DNA of 64,000 nt from Planctomycetota bacterium (GTDB taxonomy: Bacteria > Planctomycetota > Planctomycetia > Pirellulales > Lacipirellulaceae), in NCBI GenBank assembly GCA_039190745.1, contig JBCCXZ010000009.1, positions 15,874 to 79,873 of the forward strand, given 5' to 3'. The translations under genes and the position numbers were made by a program. Below, piece by piece: positions 1-10,159 of the stretch. The notes below the pieces were generated by a model, which saw only the letters and a list, made by a program, of their open reading frames with translations, searched no databases and was not told the DNA's origin. Within the stretch, counting starts at the first letter, position 1. Every line of letters starts with the position of its first letter.

Positions 1-3000
1 GCGTCGTAGTTCAGTTGCAGCCCGGTAGTGACCGACGGGGTTCCGCCGGCGACGCCGCCGACGCGTACCGTCGAGCTCGCGGCGGTGGTGACGTTGCCCG
101 CCACCCGGCCGGCCGCGTCGAAGGTCTGGCCGGAAAGGGCCAGCGTGCCGCCGGCTGCGGTGACGTCGACGGTGGTGTTGTCCCGCACGTTGACAACCGC
201 GGAGTTGAGCGACGCCGCGCCCTGCAGGGCCACTGTGCCGCCGCCGTCGATGGTGGTGTTGCCCGAGTGGGAGATGCTGCTGTTGACGACCAGGAGTCGG
301 TCGGTCTCCGCCAGCAGGGTGAGGTCGCCCGTGCCGCCGATGCCGCCGGTGACGATAAGCCCGGGGTTCACTCCGTTGCCGGAGTTGGTGCTCACGGCGC
401 CGCCCGTCCCGCCGAGGGTGATGGCGCCGGCCCAGGTAACGTTCCCTCGGCTGGCAAGTGGTACGAAATCGTCCGAGGGGCTTGTCGCCGCCAGCCGCGA
501 GCCGTTGTTGAGCGTCACTGCCTGGTTGATCGTCTGGTTGGCGAAGTACCCCAGCTCGAGGCCGGAGTTGTTGTTCACCGTGAACGACCCCGTGCCGCCG
601 GCGGAGGCGTTCCGCAGGCGTAGCGTTCCTTTGTTCACGGTCGAACCGCCGGAGTAGGTGCTCACGCCGTTGAGGTCGACGAAGCCGTTGCTGACCTCGA
701 CGCCGCCAGTGCCGGAGATCGACGGGGTCACGAAGCCGTAACCGGTGCGGTTGAACTCAAGCGTGCCGGAGTTGTTCACCGCGGTGCCAGCGGCGATGCT
801 GCCGGTGTTGCTGACCCCGTCGCCGACGGTGAGCCGGGCGGTGCTGGCGATGTTGACCTCGGCGGCTGCGTTCGACTGGGTCACGACAACGCGGGCACCT
901 GCGTTCAGGTCGATCGACCCAGCGCCTTGGATCTCCCCGCCGGTGAGGGTGTAAGTATCGACGGTATTGTTGAAGACCACGCCGCCCGGGGTGACCGGTC
1001 CGGCGATGTTGACGGTGGTCTGGCCCGTGCCGTCGCCGAAGGTGGCCGTGTCGAGGTCGAAGAGGCGGCCGTCGGTCGTGGACCAGTTGGCGGTGGTGCC
1101 GACGTCCCAGGTGTTGTTGACGCCGCCGACCCACGCACCCGTTTGCGCGGGCGAGAAGCTTACCGTGACGGTGTCCGATACGGTATCGACGTTGACGACG
1201 ATGCTGTCGTCCTGCCGGGTGTTGAAGGTGTTGCCGTCGGCGTCCTGCAGGCTGACGTTGAAGTCGCCCGCGTTGGCCGTGCCTGTGAGCGTACCCGCGG
1301 ACATGATGGTGTAGGGGCCTGCGGCAAGGCTGCCCTCGACGGGAACGACGTTCAGTGTGTACGCCCCGGTCCCGCTCGCGTTGAGCGTGAGGGTGTTGGA
1401 GACGTCGATCAGGTCGTTGACGCCGGAGCCGACGGTGTTGGTGTTGCCCAGCTCGTAGTTCAGGGCGCCGTTGGGGTTGGCCTGCGTCTGGTTGATGGAC
1501 AGGTTGCCGGTGACATTGAGCGTCCCGGTCGAGTCGCCCGGGGCGATGACCGCGTCTTCGAAGACCTGGAGCGTGCCGGTTCCCGCGTTGACCGTTCCGC
1601 CGCCGCTAAGGGTCTGGCCGATTTCGTCGCCGTTGAACGGGACCTGGTCTGGGTCTTCGACGACTTGGAGCGAGTAGGCGCTGAAGTCTGAAATGTCAAA
1701 GGTGCCGCCGCTCTGCACGTCGATCGTGCGGCTGGCCAGCTCGCCGTCGTTGCTGCCGTCCTGCAGGACGGCGAGGGTGCCCGACTCGATAGTCGTGTTG
1801 TTGCCCCACTTGCTGCCGGTGGCGTTGGAGGTGTCGAGCGAGTCGACCGCCGTCGCGATCGTGACTTGGTCGGTCGGGTCGTCGAGTGCGACGACGACGT
1901 TGACGTTGTTCCCGCGGATCGAGCCACTGCCGGGTGTCGCGGCGTCGCCGATCTGGAAATCGCCCGTCCCACGGAACTGGAACGTGAAGAAGTCGTTCTC
2001 GACGGTGTAGGTGAGGGGCGTATCGAGAGTGAGAGTGGTTCCCTCGGCGGTGTTCTCGAACCGGGCGTTGCCGAACTCGCCGCCCCCGGCTTCGATCGTG
2101 CCGGTGATGGTGTTGTTTCCGGCGGTGTTGCGGATGTGCGCCTCTTGGACGCCGTTGAAGCGTGACAGAAGCCGGTTGAAGTTTTCGGTGATGGTGAGGG
2201 CTCCACCGGAGCCGTCGATCTCGACCGTGCCGCCGTCCTGTCCGACCTGCGTGTCGCCGGAGCCGGTGCCGAGGCCGCCCGCGCTGTCGACCACGAGGGC
2301 TCCTCCGTTGACAAAGATATCGCCGTTGAACCCGGCGGCGTTGGAGAGCTTCGCGGCCCCGTCGCCAGACTTGACGAAGTTGTTCGAGCCCGTGAGCGAA
2401 CTCGTCACGTCAACCGTGTTGGCGGAGTCGGAGACGTTTAGGGTGGCGCCTGAGTTGAGTGTCAGCGACCGCGAGAGCGTGTTGAACGTAGTGCCGTCAA
2501 TCCGGAGGACGCCGCCGTCGAAGACGACGCCGTTGACGGCGTTGCCGAGGTTGGCGTTGCTGCTCACCGCGAGTGTGCCCGACGAAATGGTGTTCGCGCC
2601 CGTGTAGGTGTTGCTGCCCGAGAGCGCAACCGTGCCCGTGCCCGTCTTGGTCAGGCCGGCAGAGCCGGCGATCGGGGCGGCGATCTCGTGGGCGCCCTGG
2701 CTGACGCGGAGCTCGGCGTTTCCAGAGAGGGTGAGCGTCCCGCCGCCGGCGGCGACGGTGTAGCCGTCGGCGTCAGCGAGCTGCAGACCGCCGAGGTTGG
2801 TGTTCACGTTCAGCGTGACGGTGCGGGGCGCCGAGATGGCGGAGCCGAGGATGGCGTCCTCGCCGGGCGTGCCGACGCCGGGGCTGACGCCGCCGGTCCA
2901 GTTGCCGCCGGTCCCCCACAGGCCGTTGCCGTCGACGTTCCACGAAGCGGCCGGTGCGACCACGGCGTTGTAGTTGGCCAGCACCTGCGTGCCGGTCAGC

Positions 3001-3758
3001 GCCTGGTCGTAGTAACGGTAGAGGTGGAGGGCGCCGTTGAAGTCGTCGCCGGTGTCGTTGCCTGGGACCTGGCCGTCGATCGGGTGGGTCGCACCGCCGA
3101 AGCTGCCGAGGCCGCCCTGGTTGCCGCCGGCCCAGTCGTCGATGTTGGTCAGCGTCCCGGAGGTGTCGCCGATGAAGGCGCCGTTGAGGTAGAGCGAGAT
3201 GAAGTCGTCCGCGGAGTTGTTGTTCGTTACGTTCACCACGCCGACCACCTGGTGCCAATCGGTGTTGGCGAGCGTCGTCGAGATCGAGGTGCTGGCGTTG
3301 CCGTTGGCGAGGAACTCGAGGTTGTTGCCGTCGAGCGAGATGATGGTGCCGCGTCCGGCGCCGCCGGTCTCTTGGATGATCTGGTCGGCGGTCGAGAGGT
3401 CGTTGGGCTTAAACCACACCTCGAACGTCGCGTTGCGGCGGCTGGCCTGCCCGACGCCGCCCAGCGTTTGGTCGTAGGCGTTGGAGAGGCCGTCGGCGCC
3501 GACCGTGTGCGCGAAGAGATTCAGCGTGCCGTCGGAGACCTGCCCGGCGGTGGGGGTTGCCCCGCCCACGAAGGTAAGTGTCTCGAACCCGAAAAGGCCG
3601 GTCTCGGTCCACGTGGCGTCGCCGCCGGCGTCTTGTGAGGCGTCGAACTCGAAGAGCGATCCAATGGTTTCAAAACCGAAAGCCGAAGGCGCCGGCGCCG
3701 CGAGGCACGCAGCCGTCAGCATGGCACAAAAACGAGTGAAGCCGCACTTACCGAACAT
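1..3758 (-). CDS. Large secreted protein, LamG-like N-terminal domain plus autotransporter-associated beta-strand repeats (3' end outside window)
   Basis: Not in the ORF track because it runs off the window. ATG at 3758 after a GGAGGG RBS gives MFGKCGFTRFCAMLTAACLAAPAPSAFG (signal peptide). Contains ATFEVWF..DDWAGGN (LamG-like) and GLTKTGTGTVALSGSNTYTG-type repeats; the same frame reads ...GLQLNYD at position 3. Confidence 0.85.
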   Translation of the reverse strand, partial: MFGKCGFTRFCAMLTAACLAAPAPSAFGFETIGSLFEFDASQDAGGDATWTETGLFGFETLTFVGGATPTAGQVSDGTLNLFAHTVGADGLSNAYDQTLGGVGQASRRNATFEVWFKPNDLSTADQIIQETGGAGRGTIISLDGNNLEFLANGNASTSISTTLANTDWHQVVGVVNVTNNNSADDFISLYLNGAFIGDTSGTLTNIDDWAGGNQGGLGSFGGATHPIDGQVPGNDTGDDFNGALHLYRYYDQALTGTQVLANYNAVVAPAASWNVDGNGLWGTGGNWTGGVSPGVGTPGEDAILGSAISAPRTVTLNVNTNLGGLQLADADGYTVAAGGGTLTLSGNAELRVSQGAHEIAAPIAGSAGLTKTGTGTVALSGSNTYTGANTISSGTLAVSSNANLGNAVNGVVFDGGVLRIDGTTFNTLSRSLTLNSGATLNVSDSANTVDVTSSLTGSNNFVKSGDGAAKLSNAAGFNGDIFVNGGALVVDSAGGLGTGSGDTQVGQDGGTVEIDGSGGALTITENFNRLLSRFNGVQEAHIRNTAGNNTITGTIEAGGGEFGNARFENTAEGTTLTLDTPLTYTVENDFFTFQFRGTGDFQIGDAATPGSGSIRGNNVNVVVALDDPTDQVTIATAVDSLDTSNATGSKWGNNTTIESGTLAVLQDGSNDGELASRTIDVQSGGTFDISDFSAYSLQVVEDPDQVPFNGDEIGQTLSGGGTVNAGTGTLQVFEDAVIAPGDSTGTLNVTGNLSINQTQANPNGALNYELGNTNTVGSGVNDLIDVSNTLTLNASGTGAYTLNVVPVEGSLAAGPYTIMSAGTLTGTANAGDFNVSLQDADGNTFNTRQDDSIVVNVDTVSDTVTVSFSPAQTGAWVGGVNNTWDVGTTANWSTTDGRLFDLDTATFGDGTGQTTVNIAGPVTPGGVVFNNTVDTYTLTGGEIQGAGSIDLNAGARVVVTQSNAAAEVNIASTARLTVGDGVSNTGSIAAGTAVNNSGTLEFNRTGYGFVTPSISGTGGVEVSNGFVDLNGVSTYSGGSTVNKGTLRLRNASAGGTGSFTVNNNSGLELGYFANQTINQAVTLNNGSRLAATSPSDDFVPLASRGNVTWAGAITLGGTGGAVSTNSGNGVNPGLIVTGGIGGTGDLTLLAETDRLLVVNSSISHSGNTTIDGGGTVALQGAASLNSAVVNVRDNTTVDVTAAGGTLALSGQTFDAAGRVAGNVTTAASSTVRVGGVAGGTPSVTTGLQLNYD

Positions 3759-3857
3759 GGATATCCCCCTCCAAGAAGAGCAAAGCATCAAGGTGTGAAA
3801 TGTGTGTTTCATGGATCTCATCAGATGTCGCATCGGGCCGCGCTTGGGCGGCCTCTG

Positions 3858-6800
3858 TTATCGGCCCCGCGGAGGGCCGAGCTGGGTTGGTAGAAACGCC
3901 GGGGTCGATCGGAAGCACGAAAACCAGCGGCAGGTGCACCCCAGCACTATTACCCCGCAGCTCAGGCCAGCGGCGGCCGATGGCTCGGGAACGCCGAGCA
4001 CCGCGTTGACCGTAGTGTTGTCGCTAAACGCGTCGCGCCAGATGGCGAGGTCGCCCCCGTCGACGACGCCGCTGCCGTCGGCGTCGCCGTTGGTGTTGTC
4101 GCTCTGGCCCGTGAGACCGAAACCGCGTTGCAGGATGAGCAGATCGCCGAGGTCGACGTCGCCGTCGTTGTCGAAGTCGGCGCCGAAGATGACGCTCAGC
4201 GTGACGGCGTTTGCGGAGTACTCGACTTGCCAGTGGAGGCCGGGCATGACGGGCAGGTTTACGGCGTCGAACTCGCCCGAGAGGCCGCCGTCGGCGGTGA
4301 GGACGGTAAACACATCCCCGACCGCAGGCGCGAAGCCGGCGACCTCGCCCACCTGCAGTACGCCGTCGACGACGGCGGCGCCGGTGACGTTCACCGCGTC
4401 GAAATCGGTGGTGTCGAGCAGGTCGATCTCGAGCGTGGCCGCATCGTGCTGGGTGTAGTCGCCCTCGATCGCCAAATGGGTAGGGCCGGTCGAGCCGCCG
4501 ACGGGGTCGACCATCGCGGCCAAGAAGTTCTGGTTGACTTCGCTGAGGCCAAAGGCCTCGTTCTGGTAGTAGCGGACGATGCCGATCTCGCCGTGGTAGG
4601 GGATCGGGTTCGCGGCGCCGGCTCCGGGGGAACTCGCCACGTCGCCGATGCCGGAATTGTTCCCGCCGGCCCAGTCGTCGATCAGGAGGTTATTGAGCGT
4701 GCCGACGAGCGTGTTGTCGACAAACAGGCTCATCGAGTCGTTCGCAAGATCATCGCGGTTGCCGACCAGGTCGATCACACCCACGGCCTGATGCCAACCG
4801 ACTCCCAGCTGCTGTGTGATTGAGGACGTCGCGGACGCGTCGCCGTTGACGTCGAAGCTGAGCGTGTCTCCGTCGAGTTGGAACGACACGCCCCGGCCGG
4901 CGCCGCCCGCCTCGAACAGGATCTGATCGTTGCCGGCGTTGGTGTCGGAAACGTGGAACCACACCTCAAAAGTCGCGTCTTGCACGCTGCGCGGGCCGTT
5001 GTTCTCGAAGTAGTTGCCGGCCAGCCCCTCCGCCCCGCCGGTGACGGCGATGTCGTAGGCGGCGGTGATGGCTGGGAACACCGGGTTATTGACTGCGGAA
5101 GCCGGCGCAGGGCCGGCAAACGTCAGCGATTGCCCGCTGGCGGCGTCGACCCAGGCGGCGTCCCCCGGGGTGTCGAGCACCGCGTCGAAGTTGAGCGTCA
5201 GCCCGTCGGTCACGATGGGCGAGGGCGTCGGGGCCCCCGACACCTCGTTGAAGCCCGCGCCGCCGACCACGATGCCTGAGCCGGCGTGGGCGACGAGGTC
5301 TCCGCGGAACTGACCGTTGGTCAGGGCCAGCGAGCCGCTCTGGACGCTGAACGCGCCGGAGATGTCGACGCCCCCGCCGAGCGTCAGGTCGCTGGAGCCG
5401 GCCTTGGTCACACTGCGCCCAGGGCGGAACTCACGCACCTCGCCGTTGATCTCGAAGTTCTGATTGCCGTCGCCCTGGATCGTCAAGTCGTCGTAGACCT
5501 CGATATCGGCGTCGATCTTGAAGGTGAAAGCCTTCGGGGCGGCGTCGGAGGCGTCGAGGTTGATCTGCGGCGCTGCGCCGGCGAGGCTCTTGGTCATCAT
5601 CAGCGGCAGCCCGTTGACCGTGCCTGTGTGGCCGGGGTTCAGAGTGCCGGAGGAGCTGATCAGGTTGATCTTGTTAGCCATGTACGCAAGCCCGCCTACG
5701 GCCGCGAGGTCGTTGGAGACCGCGTAGTCGCCGCCCGCTTTGGCGCGGAAGGTGAGCTCGTTGTTGGCGTAGCCGTCGCGCCAACTGGCCGTGAACGATC
5801 CGGCGTTCGTGTCGCCGTTGGTCCAGGCGTTGGCGGTCGAGAAGAGGGCGTTCGCGGAGGCCTCTTCACGGAAACGGAAGTGGTCGAACTGGTTCGTCTC
5901 GTCAGCCTGGTTGTCGAACCGGGGCTTGTCCATCTGGACGTGGTAGCTGGCCAGGAGTTGGCGTCCCTGCTGCAGGACTGCTTCGTTGGCAGGTGCGTTG
6001 ACGACGTTGTTCGACTCGTCGATGTCATTGTCGAGGTCGTAGAGCTGGTAGCCTGTGCCGTTCTGGTACATGAACTTCCACTTGCCGAAACGCACCGCCG
6101 ACTGTTGGTTGTTGTAGCGTGAGATAAACAGGCTCTCGTGGGCGACGCCCGGCTGCGTGCCGTTGATGTAGGGCAGCAGGTTGACGCCGTCGATCACCGC
6201 GGATCCGCCGAACGACCCGCCGCCGGCCCCGACCAGGGCGGTCGGAACGATGTCGACGGAGTGGACGAGGTCGGCCGAGACGGTCCCGTGTTGGGCGGCG
6301 TTCACGCCGGCGCCGGCGACGATCATCGGCACCCGCATGCCCCCCTCGAACTGGCTCCCCTTGCCGTTGCGGAGGTCGCCGTTGTCGCTGGCGTTGGGCC
6401 CGACGTCGCAGCAGTCTCCCCCGTTGTCGTTGAGGAAGATGACCAGGGTGTCGTCGGCCAGGCTGTCGGCGTCGTTGCCCGGGCCTGTGCCGTCCCCTGC
6501 GGGGTCGGCGATCGCGTCGAGAATCTTGCCGACGTTGCGGTCCATCGCGTACTGCATCGCCGCGTAGGTGCGGCGGTTGCCCGTGAAGGCGGGCTCGTTG
6601 AGCGAATCGATAAAGGCCAAGTCGGCCGCGGTCGCCTGCAGGGGCGTGTGCGGCGCGGTGAACGAAGAGTAGAGGAAGAACGGGTCACTGCCGCCGGCCT
6701 TGCTCCTGATATAGTCCGCCGACTGATCGCCGAAGACGTCCGTGACGTACTGGCCGCTGTAGTTGTTCTCGATCGATATCGTCGAAGAAATGCCGCCCGC

Positions 6801-7409
6801 TCCGTCGGAGAACGTTTCGCGGAGCTCGCCGTCGCCGCTGACCCCACCGACGTTGTAGTCGCGAGAACCGCCCCAGAGGCCCTGGAAGAACTCGACGCCT
6901 TGGTTCTCTGGCCGATTGCCGAGTTGGCCGCCGCCGTTCCCGTGGGAGCCGATGTGCCACTTGCCGACCGCGGCGGTGTCGTAGCCGGCGCCCTGCATGT
7001 GTTCCCAGACGGTAACGCTGCTGGTGGGCAAACCTTGCGGGTGGGCCGCGGTGTTGATGGGGCTGGAGTCGCTGACGATGTTCGAGGAGTACCCGAACCG
7101 CGAGCCGTACTGGCCCGTGGTGATCATGGCCCGCGAGGGCGAGCAGACCGAGCCGGTGTAGGCGTTGGTGAAAGTGACGCCCATCGCGGCGAGAGCGTCG
7201 AGGTTGGGAGTGGGGACGCTGCCGCGGTTGCCGGGGTCAGCCGCGGCGTCGGCGGAACGCATAAAACCGTAGTCGGCCCAACCGGCGTCGTCGCTGACGA
7301 TGACTACTACGTTCGACTGCGCGGCGCCCTCGTGCGGCAATGCGGCGAGCAGCACGCACGCAGCGAGTGCGCCGATCAGCCCGTCGATTCTCTTTGGAAG
7401 TTTCGTCAT
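3858..7409 (-). CDS. Sulfatase fused to LamG-like domain, dockerin-like repeats and PEP-CTERM
   Basis: Signal peptide, SDDAG, CSPSR formylglycine motif, GKWH, DNGG; C-terminal DFDNDGDVDLGDLL and VPEPS followed by a hydrophobic segment. Confidence 0.9.
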   Translation of the reverse strand: MTKLPKRIDGLIGALAACVLLAALPHEGAAQSNVVVIVSDDAGWADYGFMRSADAAADPGNRGSVPTPNLDALAAMGVTFTNAYTGSVCSPSRAMITTGQYGSRFGYSSNIVSDSSPINTAAHPQGLPTSSVTVWEHMQGAGYDTAAVGKWHIGSHGNGGGQLGNRPENQGVEFFQGLWGGSRDYNVGGVSGDGELRETFSDGAGGISSTISIENNYSGQYVTDVFGDQSADYIRSKAGGSDPFFLYSSFTAPHTPLQATAADLAFIDSLNEPAFTGNRRTYAAMQYAMDRNVGKILDAIADPAGDGTGPGNDADSLADDTLVIFLNDNGGDCCDVGPNASDNGDLRNGKGSQFEGGMRVPMIVAGAGVNAAQHGTVSADLVHSVDIVPTALVGAGGGSFGGSAVIDGVNLLPYINGTQPGVAHESLFISRYNNQQSAVRFGKWKFMYQNGTGYQLYDLDNDIDESNNVVNAPANEAVLQQGRQLLASYHVQMDKPRFDNQADETNQFDHFRFREEASANALFSTANAWTNGDTNAGSFTASWRDGYANNELTFRAKAGGDYAVSNDLAAVGGLAYMANKINLISSSGTLNPGHTGTVNGLPLMMTKSLAGAAPQINLDASDAAPKAFTFKIDADIEVYDDLTIQGDGNQNFEINGEVREFRPGRSVTKAGSSDLTLGGGVDISGAFSVQSGSLALTNGQFRGDLVAHAGSGIVVGGAGFNEVSGAPTPSPIVTDGLTLNFDAVLDTPGDAAWVDAASGQSLTFAGPAPASAVNNPVFPAITAAYDIAVTGGAEGLAGNYFENNGPRSVQDATFEVWFHVSDTNAGNDQILFEAGGAGRGVSFQLDGDTLSFDVNGDASATSSITQQLGVGWHQAVGVIDLVGNRDDLANDSMSLFVDNTLVGTLNNLLIDDWAGGNNSGIGDVASSPGAGAANPIPYHGEIGIVRYYQNEAFGLSEVNQNFLAAMVDPVGGSTGPTHLAIEGDYTQHDAATLEIDLLDTTDFDAVNVTGAAVVDGVLQVGEVAGFAPAVGDVFTVLTADGGLSGEFDAVNLPVMPGLHWQVEYSANAVTLSVIFGADFDNDGDVDLGDLLILQRGFGLTGQSDNTNGDADGSGVVDGGDLAIWRDAFSDNTTVNAVLGVPEPSAAAGLSCGVIVLGCTCRWFSCFRSTPAFLPTQLGPPRGR

Positions 7410-7586
7410 ATCGTCTCTGGAGGCGCTCCGGCCCGTGCAAGGCCCTGCGCTTCCGGGGTGCGCATCTCTGGCTGAAGATTCTTGAGTGTGGTTCCGTGTG
7501 TCGCCGAATCGGCCGGCTGCGCTGCCCGACAGCCGGCGCGATTCAGCACCGGGCCCGCGGCTCGCAGGCCGCGTCCCGACTGCCGC

Positions 7587-8285
7587 CTATCGCCGTCGTC
7601 TGCTCGCGACCAACGCCAGCCCCAATGCCGCAACGCTCATCGAAACAGGTTCGGGGATGGAGGCGACCTTGCCTGCCACGGAGACCGCCAAGAACTTGTT
7701 CGGGGTGTTGCCGTTGTTGGTGTTGTATTGCTGCAGTCGGTTGCCGGGGTTGTTGTTCCAGGACTTCAGGCCGAGCTGGCCGCTGTTGCTGAAGTTGATG
7801 CCGATCGACGTGGAGTTGGCGTCCGCAACAAAAGTGACCGGCGTGTCGAAGTTGACGTAGTGGACGTCGGTTGTCGTGTCCGTATAGGTAGCGGTAGCGG
7901 TTCCGATCGAGCTGAGCCCGCCCCCGCCCGTAGGCCCCGTGCCGCCGGCTCCCTGGCGGATGTCGAATGTGAACGTGCCGGCGGCTGTGTTCCCGCGGAC
8001 GTTAAGTGCCACGCCGGTGATCGATACCGTGTCGCCGATATCCCAGAGCCCCGCGCCGGGGAGCAGGACGGTCGCAAACGTTGCAAACCCCGAAGCGAGG
8101 TTGATGTCGTTCTCACCGCCCGTCGCAGCGCCGTCGACGAACAGGGTGTCGCCAGTGCCGCCGTTGGTCGACAGCAGCTGACTGCCCCCGCCTACGGTGT
8201 AGCTCGTCTGGAGCGCGGCGGCCATTGCCGGCCCGGCCGGTAAGGCGAGCGCAAGGGCGACGGTGAAAGCAAGCGTGGTCTTCAT
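7587..8285 (-). CDS. PEP-CTERM sorting domain protein
   Basis: MKTTLAFTVALALAL signal peptide; ends IPEPVSMSVAALGLALVASRRRR. Confidence 0.88.
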   Translation of the reverse strand: MKTTLAFTVALALALPAGPAMAAALQTSYTVGGGSQLLSTNGGTGDTLFVDGAATGGENDINLASGFATFATVLLPGAGLWDIGDTVSITGVALNVRGNTAAGTFTFDIRQGAGGTGPTGGGGLSSIGTATATYTDTTTDVHYVNFDTPVTFVADANSTSIGINFSNSGQLGLKSWNNNPGNRLQQYNTNNGNTPNKFLAVSVAGKVASIPEPVSMSVAALGLALVASRRRR

Positions 8286-8412
8286 CAGCGTTACCTCAAT
8301 CAAAGATGTGGAAGAGACAAGAAAAGGGTGCGAGCAAAGCCGCCACGACTGCTCGCGGCTGACCCCGTCTCGCCTAGCTACAAGTCAAAAAGTATGTGGT
8401 GATCGGCGTCGG

Positions 8413-8892
8413 CTAGGGCCCCGGTTCTGCGGTGAGCACAAAGTCGGCTTCGTCGGTGCCGCCGGACGGGACTTCAAAACTGAGCGTGGTGTTTCGGTTG
8501 TAGTGCCAAGGAACGTGTTCGATGGTAATGACCTCGACCTCGTCGGAGGTCGTGAGGTCTTTGAACCTCGACCGGTAGGTCGAGATGCGCACCGTGTGGG
8601 CTCCGACGACGGCGCCGCGTTGCTTTTTGAATGTTCGGAGCTGGAACTTTCCGTTTTCGTCTGTGGTGCCGATCGAGCCCGGGCCGACGATGCCCTGGCC
8701 GCTGCCGCCCCTGGGTTCGAAGCTGACCGTGGCGTCTCTGAGCGGCTCGCCGTAGAGTGTGACCACGCCGGACACGGGGGCCAGCTCGTACGGATTGTTG
8801 TTGCACCCGCTGTACGCAATCAGCACAGCGGCAAGACAGGCCCCCCACTGGCGGGCCGCTGTTGGCCTTCGATTTCGATCTGGCATGAGCAT
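8413..8892 (-). CDS. Planctomycete carboxypeptidase-regulatory-like domain lipoprotein
   Basis: Lipobox SGC, APVSGVVTLYGEPL..ATVSFEP, GTTDENGKFQL, GAVVGAHTVRI, VPWHYN; typical neighbour of DUF1559 genes. Confidence 0.82.
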   Translation of the reverse strand: MLMPDRNRRPTAARQWGACLAAVLIAYSGCNNNPYELAPVSGVVTLYGEPLRDATVSFEPRGGSGQGIVGPGSIGTTDENGKFQLRTFKKQRGAVVGAHTVRISTYRSRFKDLTTSDEVEVITIEHVPWHYNRNTTLSFEVPSGGTDEADFVLTAEPGP

Positions 8893-8922
8893 GTTGATGA
8901 GACTACAGGTGGAGAAGTGGTC

Positions 8923-9981
8923 CTACCGGGTCGGCGGCGGCGGCGGCGGCGGGCCGGGCGCCGACGCGTTGATGGGGCCGTTGTCGAGGCCGCCCCCAAT
9001 CGTGCCGTAGGCGAGGTAGACTTCTTCGTCGATGTCTTCGCTCAGCGAGGTCACCGAGCCGTCACAGAGCGCGAAGTTGATCAGCCCGTTGTGGAAGCTC
9101 GCGAAGCTGCGGTAGCAGTAGAACTTGGCTTCGGCGCCGTAGATCTGCTCGCCAATGTTGAGGCACTGGTCGAAGTCGGTGATCCGGAACACCGAGCCGC
9201 GGATGAAGTGCCCCTTGCTGTGGTAACGCCACGGCGAGGCCCAGGCGCTCTTGCGTTGGCCCTCAGCCAGCACGGGGTCGTACAGCCCCGAGGTGGACTC
9301 GTACTGCCACTCGCCCATCAGCGCGGTCTGCGAGGTGCCGTCGGTGATCTGCGCGATCTTGGTCGGCTGCAAGACGTAGTTGGGGCCCGTCGCGGGCAGG
9401 GCGCCGCGCAGCAGGGGGAAGTCCTCGAGCTGCGTGCCGTTGTAGCGGCGGTCCCAGTAGCGCGGGTTGCCGCCCGATCGGGTGAGGTCGATCGTCCCTG
9501 CCACGGCTTTGTAGCTGGCCCAGGCCATGTCGCCCTCGCCCTGCGGGACAATCCACTCTTCCGCGAACGGGTCGCTGGGGCACACGTATGAAGCGACGTT
9601 GTTGAGCGCGGCTTCGCGGTTGTTCGCGGTCCGGTAGTGCTGCCGGCCGCTGAAGTCGAATCGGTCGTAGATCGCGGCCTGCTCGAAGTACGGCAGGATC
9701 TCGATGGCCCAGCCCGTGCCGACGTTGTCACGCGTGTCGTCGTCGCCGTACGCCTTGCAACCTGGGGGCAGCGTGCCGTTGGTGGACTCGTAGTTCAGGG
9801 CCGCCAGGGCCATCTGCTTGAGGTTGTTCTGGCACTGGATGCGGCGGGCCGCCTCGCGGGCGGACTGCACCGCGGGCAGCAGTAGCGCCACCAGCACGCC
9901 GATGATGGCGATCACCACCAGGAGTTCAACCAACGTAAAGCCGCGAGAGCGGTCGAGCGGGCGGGTGCTTGAGATTGCCAT
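8923..9981 (-). CDS. DUF1559 prepilin-type N-terminal cleavage/methylation protein
   Basis: GFTLVELLVVIAIIGVLVALLLPAVQSAREAARR..CQNNLKQ; ITDGTSQT; C-terminal H-X9-DG motif (FHNGLINFALCDGSV). Confidence 0.95.
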   Translation of the reverse strand: MAISSTRPLDRSRGFTLVELLVVIAIIGVLVALLLPAVQSAREAARRIQCQNNLKQMALAALNYESTNGTLPPGCKAYGDDDTRDNVGTGWAIEILPYFEQAAIYDRFDFSGRQHYRTANNREAALNNVASYVCPSDPFAEEWIVPQGEGDMAWASYKAVAGTIDLTRSGGNPRYWDRRYNGTQLEDFPLLRGALPATGPNYVLQPTKIAQITDGTSQTALMGEWQYESTSGLYDPVLAEGQRKSAWASPWRYHSKGHFIRGSVFRITDFDQCLNIGEQIYGAEAKFYCYRSFASFHNGLINFALCDGSVTSLSEDIDEEVYLAYGTIGGGLDNGPINASAPGPPPPPPPTR

Positions 9982-10159
9982 ACTCTGGTTTCCTAACATC
10001 GGGTTCCCTAAGAAATGGTTCCCTGACAATGAGGTTTTCCTGGCTATGGATCGAGAAGAATATGAATCGAGAAGAGTGTTGGTCTCGGCGTCGAGTGATT
10101 GCGTCGCCGCCGGAGCGGCAGAAAAGAGCGTCGTCGTAAGGATTAGGTCTTCGTAAGGA

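Noticed and set aside
15..3638. Many plus-strand ORFs in the first 3.7 kb and similar Arg/Pro-rich ORFs throughout
   Set aside because: High-GC shadow ORFs opposite or overlapping motif-supported genes
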